Under the pieces are notes generated by a model, which was given only the letters and a program-made list of their open reading frames with translations, was not told the origin of the DNA and did no database searches. The position numbers and the translations under genes are program-made. Positions 56,013-64,000 of a DNA stretch of 64,000 bases are shown one piece after another. The DNA lies in contig JASLNU010000077.1 of the NCBI GenBank assembly GCA_030745835.1, forward strand, positions 4,521 through 68,520, given 5' to 3'. The DNA comes from Rhodospirillales bacterium. GTDB lineage: Bacteria; Pseudomonadota; Alphaproteobacteria; Rhodospirillales; UBA2165. The first letter of the stretch is position 1. Each line of letters opens with the position of its first letter.

Positions 56013-56726
56013 CTAGAGTCCCAGATAGGCTTCCTGGATTCCGGGTTCGTTGCGCAAGCGGTCGCTGGGGCCGTCCAAGGCGATTTCGCCGCTTTCCAGG
56101 ACGAAGGCGTGATCGGCGATTTGCAGGGTTCGGTGAACATCCTGCTCGGCTATTAATATGGTCAAGCCGGTGCGGCGCAGCTCTTCGATGATCTCGAATA
56201 TCTGCCTAGCCACGACCGGTGCGAGACCCAGGGACGGCTCATCCAGCAACAGCACTTTCGGTTCGGCCATCAACCCCCGTCCCAAGGCCAGCATCTGCTG
56301 TTCGCCGCCCGACAGGGTGCCGCCCGCCTGGGCCTTGCGGTTGAGAAAACGGGGGAACAGTTCATAAATTTTGGCCAGGTTCTCCGCCGTATTGCCCCGC
56401 GCCCGCGCCGTAAACGCGCCGATCCTCAGATTTTCCTCGACCGTCATATCGGAAAAAATCAGCCGCCCCTCGGGCACCATGACGATGCCGAGATCGACCC
56501 GTTGATCGGTCGATAACGCCGCGATCGGACGGCCATCAAAACTGATGCTCCCCGCGACCACCGGCAACAGGCCGGCAATGGTCCTGAGGGTCGTGCTTTT
56601 GCCGGCCCCATTGCTGCCGATCAGGGCGGTTACACTGCCCGCGGCGGCGGTCAAATCAATACCGTGCAGAATCCGCACCGGACCATAGCCGCCGACCACG
56701 CCAGAAAGCTGCAATTGCGCCGACAT
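56013..56726 (-). CDS. livF: Branched-chain amino acid ABC transporter ATP-binding protein
   Basis: 237 aa: GSNGAGKST, LSGGEQQMLA. Confidence 0.9.
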   Translation of the reverse strand: MSAQLQLSGVVGGYGPVRILHGIDLTAAAGSVTALIGSNGAGKSTTLRTIAGLLPVVAGSISFDGRPIAALSTDQRVDLGIVMVPEGRLIFSDMTVEENLRIGAFTARARGNTAENLAKIYELFPRFLNRKAQAGGTLSGGEQQMLALGRGLMAEPKVLLLDEPSLGLAPVVARQIFEIIEELRRTGLTILIAEQDVHRTLQIADHAFVLESGEIALDGPSDRLRNEPGIQEAYLGL

Positions 56727-57454
56727 CAGGCGGCCCCCCCGATATAGGCTTCCAGGACACGCGGATCCTTGGCCACTGCCGCCGGCGTTCCCTCGGCAAT
56801 CATCTCGCCATGGTGAAGCACAATGATGCGGTCGGAGAGCCCCATCAGCGCCTGCATGACATGCTCGATGATCAATATGGTCAGCTCGTAGCTGTCTTTA
56901 AGGCGGCGGATAACCGCCAACATCTCCTTGACCTCCGATGGCGTCAGGCCGGCCATCACTTCGTCCAGCATGAGGAGGCGCGGGCCGGTCGCCAGCGCCT
57001 TGGCGACCTCCAACCGCTTCTGGCCCGACAGCGTCAGGGTTCCGGCGGCTTGATCCGCCCGCTCGGCCAAGCCGATCTCATCGAGGACCTGCCGGGCGCG
57101 GATTTCCGCTTCGGCTTTTGAACTTTTATGATCGCGCCCGAACAATACCGCCGTCATCACATTGTCCAAAACGGTCAAATTCCGGAACGGGCGCACGATC
57201 TGAAAAGTCCGGGCGGCGCCCAAGCGGCAGACCCGGTTTGGCCTGAGCCCCTTAAGACTTTGGCCGGCCATTATCATTTCGCCCTTGTTCGGCCGCGCAT
57301 GCCCGGCAATGAGGCTAAACAGCGTCGTTTTGCCGGCACCGTTGGCGCCCATAATGCCGACGATTTCGCCGCTCTCGACGGAAAAGCTGATATCCTGAAG
57401 CGCTTGCAGGCCGCCGAAGGATTTGCTGACGTCTATGATATCGAGCAAACTCAT
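56726..57454 (-). CDS. livG: Branched-chain amino acid ABC transporter ATP-binding protein
   Basis: 242 aa: GANGAGKTT, LSGQKRLEVA. Confidence 0.9.
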   Translation of the reverse strand: MSLLDIIDVSKSFGGLQALQDISFSVESGEIVGIMGANGAGKTTLFSLIAGHARPNKGEMIMAGQSLKGLRPNRVCRLGAARTFQIVRPFRNLTVLDNVMTAVLFGRDHKSSKAEAEIRARQVLDEIGLAERADQAAGTLTLSGQKRLEVAKALATGPRLLMLDEVMAGLTPSEVKEMLAVIRRLKDSYELTILIIEHVMQALMGLSDRIIVLHHGEMIAEGTPAAVAKDPRVLEAYIGGAA

Positions 57455-58359
57455 GAAACCTTGCTCCGCCGCTCCGAGAGATATCCGACAATACCGTACG
57501 GTACGGTGAGAACGAAACCGATGAGCAAGATGCCCAAAATAATCAAATAGAGTTGCGGCGCATTGGCCCAGAGCAGTTCCGACAATATGACCAGCAGGCC
57601 GGCCCCGAGCAGTGGTCCCCTGGCGTCGTCGCTGCCGCCGATGATGGCCATGCTGACAATGGTGAAAGACAGCAGCGGATTGAAAACCTGCAAGGTCTCG
57701 AAATAGGTTGAGCGCAGCGCCATCAAGGCCCCGACCATGCCTGGGATGATCGCCGATATGGTATAAGCGGCGGTCTTGTAGCGGGCCACCGGGATACCGA
57801 TGGTTTCCGCCGCGACTTCATCCTCGCGGATGGCCAGCAGCCCCTGGCCAAAGCGGGAACGCCTGAGCGCCCAGGCGAGCAAGGTGGCGGCGACGGCAAG
57901 GAACAGCATGGCGTAGTAGATTTCCTCGGTCGAAGGCGCGCCGAACAGCAGGCGGCTGGCCTTTCCCAAACCCACTTCCACGTTGACGACGATAAATTTT
58001 ACCAGCTCGGCGATTCCGAAGGTCAGGATGACGAAATAGGGCCCCCGCACCCGGAGCACCGGCGTGCCGATGATAAAGGCGAATAGGCCGGCCAAAATCC
58101 CGGCCAGGGGAATCGCGACGAGCAACGGAATGGCCTGCCAGGTAACCACCGTGGTGTAGGCGCCGAGCCCGTAAAAAACGACATGACCAAGGGAAATATA
58201 TCCGGTCATGCCGGAAAGAATGACCCAGCTTTGCGTCAAGGCGATCCACATACAAAGGGTCAGGGCGACGGTCAGCGTATAGGCGCCGACCAGCCCCGGC
58301 AGGGCGACCGCCAGCAGGACCAGCGCGGCAAAGGAAATCCCGAGCCCCCGGCCACTCAC
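57451..58359 (-). CDS. livM: Branched-chain amino acid ABC transporter permease
   Basis: 302 aa and multi-TM. Its start and stop overlap both neighbours. Confidence 0.85.
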   Translation of the reverse strand: MSGRGLGISFAALVLLAVALPGLVGAYTLTVALTLCMWIALTQSWVILSGMTGYISLGHVVFYGLGAYTTVVTWQAIPLLVAIPLAGILAGLFAFIIGTPVLRVRGPYFVILTFGIAELVKFIVVNVEVGLGKASRLLFGAPSTEEIYYAMLFLAVAATLLAWALRRSRFGQGLLAIREDEVAAETIGIPVARYKTAAYTISAIIPGMVGALMALRSTYFETLQVFNPLLSFTIVSMAIIGGSDDARGPLLGAGLLVILSELLWANAPQLYLIILGILLIGFVLTVPYGIVGYLSERRSKVS

Positions 58360-59246
58360 CTGACCATCCTCCAGCCGCCCAAGAAACCCTGCGGACGGAC
58401 CAGCAGGATAAGGACGAAAACGCCGTAGAGCAGGACCGATTCATAGGTCGGCGAGGTCAGCGCGACGCCGTAAATCTGAAGAAAGCCGAGAAAATACCCG
58501 GCCGCTATGCCGCCGGTCAGATTACCCAGACCGCCCAGAATAATGACCACAAAGGCGGCGATGGTGAACGGAAATCCCATGAAGGGCGAGATTTGTTCGG
58601 TCATGCTGAGAAGGACCCCGGCCAGGCCGGTCAATCCGAAACCGAGGCAGAAGCTGACCAGTTGCACCCTCTTGATCTTGACGCCGACGATTGCCGCCGC
58701 CATCGGGTTCTGGATCAGGGCCTTGATGGCAAGACCGTAAATATTGATACGCAGGAATATGATCACCAGGAAGCAGATGATCAGCGTGACGATCAGCGTC
58801 ACCAGACGGTTCACGGTCATCGAGGCGCCGCCGAATTCATAGACGGTGTCCATATATTGATAAGCCCTCGGCGACGCCGTGAAGGCGAAGGAGGCGATGT
58901 TTTGAATAACCACCGAGACGCCGAAAAATATCAGAAGCGAGTTGGCTTCGATGCGCTCGATCATCAGGTCCGAGCCGAGTTGGCGCTGGAATAATCCGTA
59001 ATAAACGGCGGCGCCAATGGCCGCCGCCAGGGCCGCCGCGATAAACATCGAAACCAGCGGCGAGACATCGGCCAGGGTGAACAGCCAGTAAGCGACATAG
59101 GCGCCGATCATGATGATATCGCCATGCGCGATATTGAGCAGCCGCATGGTGCCGTAAACCAGGTTAAGCCCCAAGGCTATCAACGCATAAGCCGATCCCA
59201 GCACCAAAGCGGCGAACAGCAATTGGCCCGAGAAAAATACGTCCAT
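58356..59246 (-). CDS. livH: Branched-chain amino acid ABC transporter permease
   Basis: 296 aa and multi-TM: ...LNIAHGDIIMIGAY.... Confidence 0.85.
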   Translation of the reverse strand: MDVFFSGQLLFAALVLGSAYALIALGLNLVYGTMRLLNIAHGDIIMIGAYVAYWLFTLADVSPLVSMFIAAALAAAIGAAVYYGLFQRQLGSDLMIERIEANSLLIFFGVSVVIQNIASFAFTASPRAYQYMDTVYEFGGASMTVNRLVTLIVTLIICFLVIIFLRINIYGLAIKALIQNPMAAAIVGVKIKRVQLVSFCLGFGLTGLAGVLLSMTEQISPFMGFPFTIAAFVVIILGGLGNLTGGIAAGYFLGFLQIYGVALTSPTYESVLLYGVFVLILLVRPQGFLGGWRMVR

Positions 59247-59262
59247 TTCACTCTATTCTCGG

Positions 59263-59337
59263 AAAAAAAGGGGCCACTCATCCTTTTTGGAATGTAACCA
59301 AGATGCCAAAAAGATGAGCGACCCCCTTTTTGTTTTG
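59263..59337 (-). terminator. Long imperfect hairpin flanked by A- and T-tracts between the binding-protein gene and livH (intra-operon attenuator/terminator)
   Basis: GGGGCCACTCATCCTTTTTGG-(15 nt)-CCAAAAAGATGAGCGACCCC. On the minus strand it is followed by TTTTTTT. Confidence 0.5.
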
Positions 59338-59349
59338 TCGTGGCGCCGG

Positions 59350-60519
59350 CTAACGTTTCATGAACTTGCTGGTGGCGATCTTTTTCGGCCAGATCAGCTC
59401 CATTTTCCCGGCCTGTTGTTGCAGAAAGGCAACCGGCGTTATGGAGTTTTCGATACCCTTGAATTTGACCGGGCCATTGATCGTGTCGAAGGTATCGTTG
59501 GAGATCACCCGGCGCAGCTTATCCTTGTCTAGTCCCGCCTTGGCGACCGCCTGTTCAAGGATTTCCAGCGACATATAGGCAATAGCGGTATCCAGATAGT
59601 CCGGATTCATGCCTTTGTATTTGGCCTTGTAAGCTTCGAAAAAAGGCTTCGCCCGCGGCCAGGCTTTTTGCGCCGGGCTCCAGTGCCCCATGGTGACGAT
59701 ACCGTTGGCAAACTTGCCGAAAGCCTTGCCGAAGGCGTCGATGGTCGGGCCGACCAGCAGAAACTGGAACGGCGCATCGATGCCGATGCCCTTGGCCTGT
59801 CCCATATAGAGGAACGAATCCGCCGGATAAGCCAGGCCGATCACGGCGTCCACCTTGGCCTTTTTGATCGCCGTCAACATGGTCGTCATATCCTTGACGT
59901 CGGGCGGATATTGTTCGTTGACCTTGACTTCGATCCCGGCCTTTTTGAGCGCCGGCAAAAGAAATTGCCGGTTTTCGGACGAGAACGGCAGCACGTTGGA
60001 AATTACCGCCGCCGACTTGATGCCGTTGGCTTTGAGCAATTTAACCAATTCGGCCGCCACCCGATCGGGGAACATCGGTGTCGGGAACCAGATATTGCCG
60101 GGTTTGATCTGGCGGACGGCGACCGACGCCGCCGTGTTGCCGACCATCGGGAAATTGTACTTCTGCACGACGCCGGCGACATTCAGGTGATGCGGCGTTC
60201 CCCACGGGGCGATCAAAAGATCGACCTTGTCATCGGTGATCAGCTTCTCGTAAATCTGCGCCGATTTGGTCGGGTTGGATTCATCATCGTACCAGATCAG
60301 CTTGATCGGACGCCTGGTTCCGGCGACGTTCAGGCCGCCGGCCTTATTGACCAAGTCGGCCCAAAGCTCATACGCCGAAATTTGCGACGGCGCCGCCTTT
60401 GAAAACAGCCCGGTTTTGGCTATCGAATAACCAATCCGGATCGGTTCAGCCGCCTGCACGGCGAAACTGAACATAATGAGAGCAAACCCTAATACGAATA
60501 ACTTCAGTTTTTGTGACAT
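59350..60519 (-). CDS. LIV-type (type I PBP) ABC transporter substrate-binding protein
   Basis: 389 aa with signal peptide ...MFSFAVQAA and the start of the mature protein EPIRIGYSIAKTG. Confidence 0.85.
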   Translation of the reverse strand: MSQKLKLFVLGFALIMFSFAVQAAEPIRIGYSIAKTGLFSKAAPSQISAYELWADLVNKAGGLNVAGTRRPIKLIWYDDESNPTKSAQIYEKLITDDKVDLLIAPWGTPHHLNVAGVVQKYNFPMVGNTAASVAVRQIKPGNIWFPTPMFPDRVAAELVKLLKANGIKSAAVISNVLPFSSENRQFLLPALKKAGIEVKVNEQYPPDVKDMTTMLTAIKKAKVDAVIGLAYPADSFLYMGQAKGIGIDAPFQFLLVGPTIDAFGKAFGKFANGIVTMGHWSPAQKAWPRAKPFFEAYKAKYKGMNPDYLDTAIAYMSLEILEQAVAKAGLDKDKLRRVISNDTFDTINGPVKFKGIENSITPVAFLQQQAGKMELIWPKKIATSKFMKR

Positions 60520-60552
60520 ATTTCCATCTCCTGGTTTTACTTGAATTTAAAC

Positions 60553-61338
60553 TTAAACCGCCGAATAGACGCTCTTCGGTAAATAATGAAGGACACGCCT
60601 CTCCAATAGAACAACGGCGCCATAGGCGACAATTCCGACCACCGTCAACATGAAGATCGAGACGAAGACCAACGCCGTGTTGCCGGAGCCCTCGCCGAAA
60701 ATAAGCAGATATCCCAATCCGACGCTGCCACCGACCATTTCACCGACAACGACGCCGATCACTGACAGGGTGGCGGCGATGCGCAACCCGGAAAACAGGG
60801 GCGGCAGGGCGTCGTGAAATTCGATCAGCCTGAATATTTGCCACCTATCGGCGCTGAAGGTGCGCGCCAGATTAATCAAATCGGGATCGACGGTGCGGAT
60901 CGCGCCGAGAACATTGACCATGATCGGGAAGAATACGATCAATACCGCCACCAGAATTTTGGGGTAAACGGTAAATCCGAACCACAAAACGAACAATGGC
61001 GCAAAGGCCACCTTGGGCGCGATCTGCAAGGCCAGGATATATGGCGAAAGAATAAATTCGGCGCGCACCGAAATGCCCAAAATGTAACCGATAGTCATCC
61101 CGAGCAATGATCCGATGATAAATCCGGCCAAGGTTTCCAAGGCCGTAATACCGGTATGAAAGACCAGTTGTTCGGTTTGAAAGGCGCGCATGAATTCGTT
61201 GAAAACCGAAGAAGCGGTCGGAATGATGTAGGGCGGAATACCGAGCATACCGGGGCCCCATTCCCAGGCGGCGAGGAAGGCAAGCAGCACGGCTATGCTC
61301 GCCATCACGCCTCCGCGAAAAGACCTGGCCGTCTCCAT
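60553..61338 (-). CDS. NitT/TauT-family ABC transporter permease
   Basis: 261 aa and multi-TM, resembling SsuC/TauC. Confidence 0.85.
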   Translation of the reverse strand: METARSFRGGVMASIAVLLAFLAAWEWGPGMLGIPPYIIPTASSVFNEFMRAFQTEQLVFHTGITALETLAGFIIGSLLGMTIGYILGISVRAEFILSPYILALQIAPKVAFAPLFVLWFGFTVYPKILVAVLIVFFPIMVNVLGAIRTVDPDLINLARTFSADRWQIFRLIEFHDALPPLFSGLRIAATLSVIGVVVGEMVGGSVGLGYLLIFGEGSGNTALVFVSIFMLTVVGIVAYGAVVLLERRVLHYLPKSVYSAV

Positions 61339-61371
61339 CCCTGGCCGCTCCTTCGGAATTCGAAACGACGG

Positions 61372-62364
61372 TTATTGGATGAATTGATTGGTATACAAAT
61401 CATCCAAGGGCTGCGCCTTACGCACAATGCCGCTTTTGACGTAGAACTTTTGTAGACTGGCAAGACGCGCCCGGTCCATGGCGCCTATTTTTTTCTGACC
61501 GGGATAGACGTACTTATTATACATCGCGAAGACGCTCTTAATGTATTTGTCCTTGCCCTTGTTCTTGGCGACAAAGGCCGTGTAGTCCTTGGTTGCCTGG
61601 TCGGGATCGTTCATGATGCCGGCCATGCCCTTGAGCGTCGCCCGCACCAGTTTTTGCACCAGGGCTGGATTTTCCTTGATCGTTTTATCGGCGACCAGGA
61701 TCGCTTGCGCCATGCTTTTGAAGTAGTCGTCGGCCGGAAAGATTTTGACTTTCTTGCCGGCGCCGATGGCGATCGCCGTCCAGTCGGGAACGCTGGCCAT
61801 GGCGTCCGCCTTGCCGGCCATGAACAGTTTCCACACACCGGCGGGACCGGCGGCTTGGGCATTGATATCCTTGCGCGACAGGCCCTGACTGGCGAGCATC
61901 CCGAGGAGCGCGTAGAAAGTCGTATCCTGGAAGGCAAGCGTGGTGACGGTCTTACCCTTGAGGTCGGCGGGGCCGTTGATTCCCCGGTCGGCATGCGCGG
62001 TTAGATGCATTAAAGAGCCACCGCCCAAAACCGCGACGGCTTTGACCGGAATGCCGTTGGGACGGACGATCATCGATGTGTCACCGATACCGCCGCCGAC
62101 AACCGCATTACCGGCGCCAACCTGCTTGGCGACATCGACGCCGCCACGGGCCATCTGGAACTTGACGTTGAGACCTTCCGATTTGTAATAACCCCTTGCC
62201 TTGGCGAGCATCCAGGGTGCAAAGGCCGGCAGGAACGGCGGCGCCGGCAACAAATAAGTAACGTCTTCGGCCTGAGCCTTCTGGACATTACTCGCCGCCA
62301 GCAAGGTAGCAACCGCAACAACCGGAATGATGAACATTTTAGTTAGGACACTTTGCTTAGACAT
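61372..62364 (-). CDS. NitT/TauT-family (NMT1/SsuA-like) ABC transporter substrate-binding protein
   Basis: Signal peptide MSKQSVLTKMFIIPVVAVATLLAAS.... The ATG at 62364 has GGAGGA 6 nt upstream. Confidence 0.8.
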   Translation of the reverse strand: MSKQSVLTKMFIIPVVAVATLLAASNVQKAQAEDVTYLLPAPPFLPAFAPWMLAKARGYYKSEGLNVKFQMARGGVDVAKQVGAGNAVVGGGIGDTSMIVRPNGIPVKAVAVLGGGSLMHLTAHADRGINGPADLKGKTVTTLAFQDTTFYALLGMLASQGLSRKDINAQAAGPAGVWKLFMAGKADAMASVPDWTAIAIGAGKKVKIFPADDYFKSMAQAILVADKTIKENPALVQKLVRATLKGMAGIMNDPDQATKDYTAFVAKNKGKDKYIKSVFAMYNKYVYPGQKKIGAMDRARLASLQKFYVKSGIVRKAQPLDDLYTNQFIQ

Positions 62365-62416
62365 TATTTCCTCCATTGCTGATTAATTATCTCCACAAGG
62401 TACTTTATTTTTGGTC

Positions 62417-63238
62417 TTAAATCTTTACTTCATGTGCCATTTCATCGACACGCAGTAATTCCATCAAGCGGGTGACATATTCACCGACCCGGTTCGCCAT
62501 ATCGTGCCGGCGCGCCATCGGATTGGCGCGTTCGGGCAGGTCGACGTTGATTTCCTCTATGATCGTTCCGGGTCTCGGGCTCATCACCAGAATCCGGTCC
62601 GAAAGCGTCGCCGATTCCATAAGGTCATGGGTGATGAAAAGCGCCGTCTTTTTTTCCGACGCCAGGGTCTTGGCCAAATCCTGCTGCAACACCATTTTGG
62701 TCTGTGCATCGAGGGCCGAGAACGGCTCGTCCAGCAAAAGCACCTTGGGATCGACCGCCAAGGTGCGCGCCAGAGCCGCTCTTTGGCGCATGCCGCCGGA
62801 TAGTTGATGCGGATAACTATCCTCGAACCCGTCCAACCGGCATTTATGCAAAAGATCGAGCGCCTTTTCCTTGCGGGCCTTGGCGGGCACGCCCTGGATT
62901 TCCAAACCCAATTCCACGTTTTTGCAGATCGTGCGCCAAGGCAGGAGCAAATCCTTTTGCAGCATGAAGCCGACATGGGAATTGGGCTTGTCGACTATTT
63001 CGCCGTCCATAAAGACCTCTCCCAGGCTCGGCTGGTAAAGCCCCGAACCCATATTCAACAGCGTGCTTTTGCCGCAGCCGCTGGGCCCGATCAGGGACAC
63101 CACCTCGCAGTCCCTGATAGACAGGCTGACATTTTTTACCGCCGTCAGCACATCGCTGCCGTCGCCTCCCTTTATCGGGAAGTGCCGGGTGACATCGCGG
63201 AATTCGAGCCTGATATCAGCCATACTGTTACCCGCCAA
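62417..63238 (-). CDS. NitT/TauT-family ABC transporter ATP-binding protein
   Basis: 273 aa: GPSGCGKST, LSGGMRQRAALAR, LLLDEPFSALD. Confidence 0.9.
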   Translation of the reverse strand: MAGNSMADIRLEFRDVTRHFPIKGGDGSDVLTAVKNVSLSIRDCEVVSLIGPSGCGKSTLLNMGSGLYQPSLGEVFMDGEIVDKPNSHVGFMLQKDLLLPWRTICKNVELGLEIQGVPAKARKEKALDLLHKCRLDGFEDSYPHQLSGGMRQRAALARTLAVDPKVLLLDEPFSALDAQTKMVLQQDLAKTLASEKKTALFITHDLMESATLSDRILVMSPRPGTIIEEINVDLPERANPMARRHDMANRVGEYVTRLMELLRVDEMAHEVKI

Positions 63239-63240
63239 GG

Positions 63241-64000
63241 CTATTCGCCGTCGGCTGCCTCCTTCTCGAGAAGAAGATTGAGGACGCGTTCCGGTGAAAA
63301 CGGCAAGTTGCGCAATCTGATTCCGGCGGCGTTGGTCAGCGCGTTGGCGACCGCCGCCGGCACCGTCACCAGCGTAATCTCGCCGACGCCCTTGGCGCCG
63401 AACGGACCGTCCGGTTCCGGATATTCGACAATATCGGTATGAATTTGATAAGGAATTTCAGCCGCACCCGGAACTTTGTAATCCATCAAGGTCGGGTTCG
63501 CGAGGCGGCCGTCATCCCAGACCATTTCCTCGACCAAGGTATAACCGAGGCCCTGCGCGAAACCGCCGTCCACTTGCCCCTCGACCAGTCCGGGATTGAT
63601 CGCCGTTCCGACATCGACGGCATACCAGACTTCGGTTGCCCTGGCCTTGCCGGTGGTCCGGTCAATATCCATTTCCGCGACCGTTGCCGCAAAAGTGAAA
63701 ACGCCGATATTGGTGAACGGAATGCCCTTGGCGGCGGCCCGTTTTGGATCGATAGTCGGCTGATCGAATACCAAGGTGTGGGAGCCGACGATGGGTCCGC
63801 CGGTCCCCCAATGGGTCATCGCCGCAACCTCAAAGAAAGACACTTCCTTGTTGGCCCCCTTGATGCCGGCCATGCCGCCATCGCGAAGCTCCACATTCTC
63901 GACCTCGCTTTCGAGGATAATCGCGGCGTACTCCTTGATCTGACGGGCAACCTCCTCGGAGGCGCCGACAACCGCCCGGCCCGTGGTATAGGTCACGCGG
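63241..64000 (-). CDS. Xanthine dehydrogenase-family molybdopterin-binding subunit, C-terminal part (gene continues beyond the window)
   Basis: ...VDVGTAINPGLVEGQVDGGFAQGLG... and PFGAKGVGE motifs. The stop lies 2 nt upstream of the ABC ATPase start. Confidence 0.8.
   Translation of the reverse strand, partial: RVTYTTGRAVVGASEEVARQIKEYAAIILESEVENVELRDGGMAGIKGANKEVSFFEVAAMTHWGTGGPIVGSHTLVFDQPTIDPKRAAAKGIPFTNIGVFTFAATVAEMDIDRTTGKARATEVWYAVDVGTAINPGLVEGQVDGGFAQGLGYTLVEEMVWDDGRLANPTLMDYKVPGAAEIPYQIHTDIVEYPEPDGPFGAKGVGEITLVTVPAAVANALTNAAGIRLRNLPFSPERVLNLLLEKEAADGE

Overview
This is a 64 kb chromosomal segment from a high-GC bacterium. The Caulobacter-type short flagellin, gatCAB and the gene content suggest an alphaproteobacterium, but that is inference. 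Most of the window is ordinary. It holds core genes (ubiD, pmbA, gatCAB, glcB), second-messenger signalling proteins (GAF/HD-GYP, class III cyclase-TPR, a cNMP-binding protein), several aromatic or heterocycle catabolic enzymes, and five uptake systems (two TRAP loci, sugar-type ABC, LIV-type ABC, NitT/TauT-type ABC). The catabolic enzymes include homogentisate and gentisate-type dioxygenases, a P450, two molybdopterin hydroxylase large subunits, an ACMSD-type amidohydrolase and HyuA/HyuB.

The clearly non-core part is 17.75-20.52 kb. It is a repeat-laden intergenic stretch containing a visibly AT-richer 2.1 kb cassette with two same-strand genes. One is a GIY-YIG nuclease with an unassigned N-terminal domain of about 190 aa. 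The other is a 185-aa orphan protein carrying an R-x5-H (HEPN-like) motif. Inverted copies of a repeat that recurs at least seven times in the window bracket the cassette. I consider this the best candidate for an undescribed defence or toxin module.

Other points of note:
- A mosaic intergenic element is shared by two loci. It has 10-bp-phased boxes and an exact GAAC-N7-GAAC (alphaproteobacterial LexA-box form).
- A hicBA pair has a frameshifted hicA.
- Two further single-base frameshifts occur, in dctM and in a COG2403-like gene. These could be sequencing indels.
- A cytoplasmic homologue of the DszB desulfinase fold lies in a catabolic cluster.
- A flagellin gene sits with no other flagellar genes nearby.

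I found no rRNA, tRNA, CRISPR array, transposase or integrase. All functional calls come from reading the translated ORFs against remembered family motifs. No searches were run.
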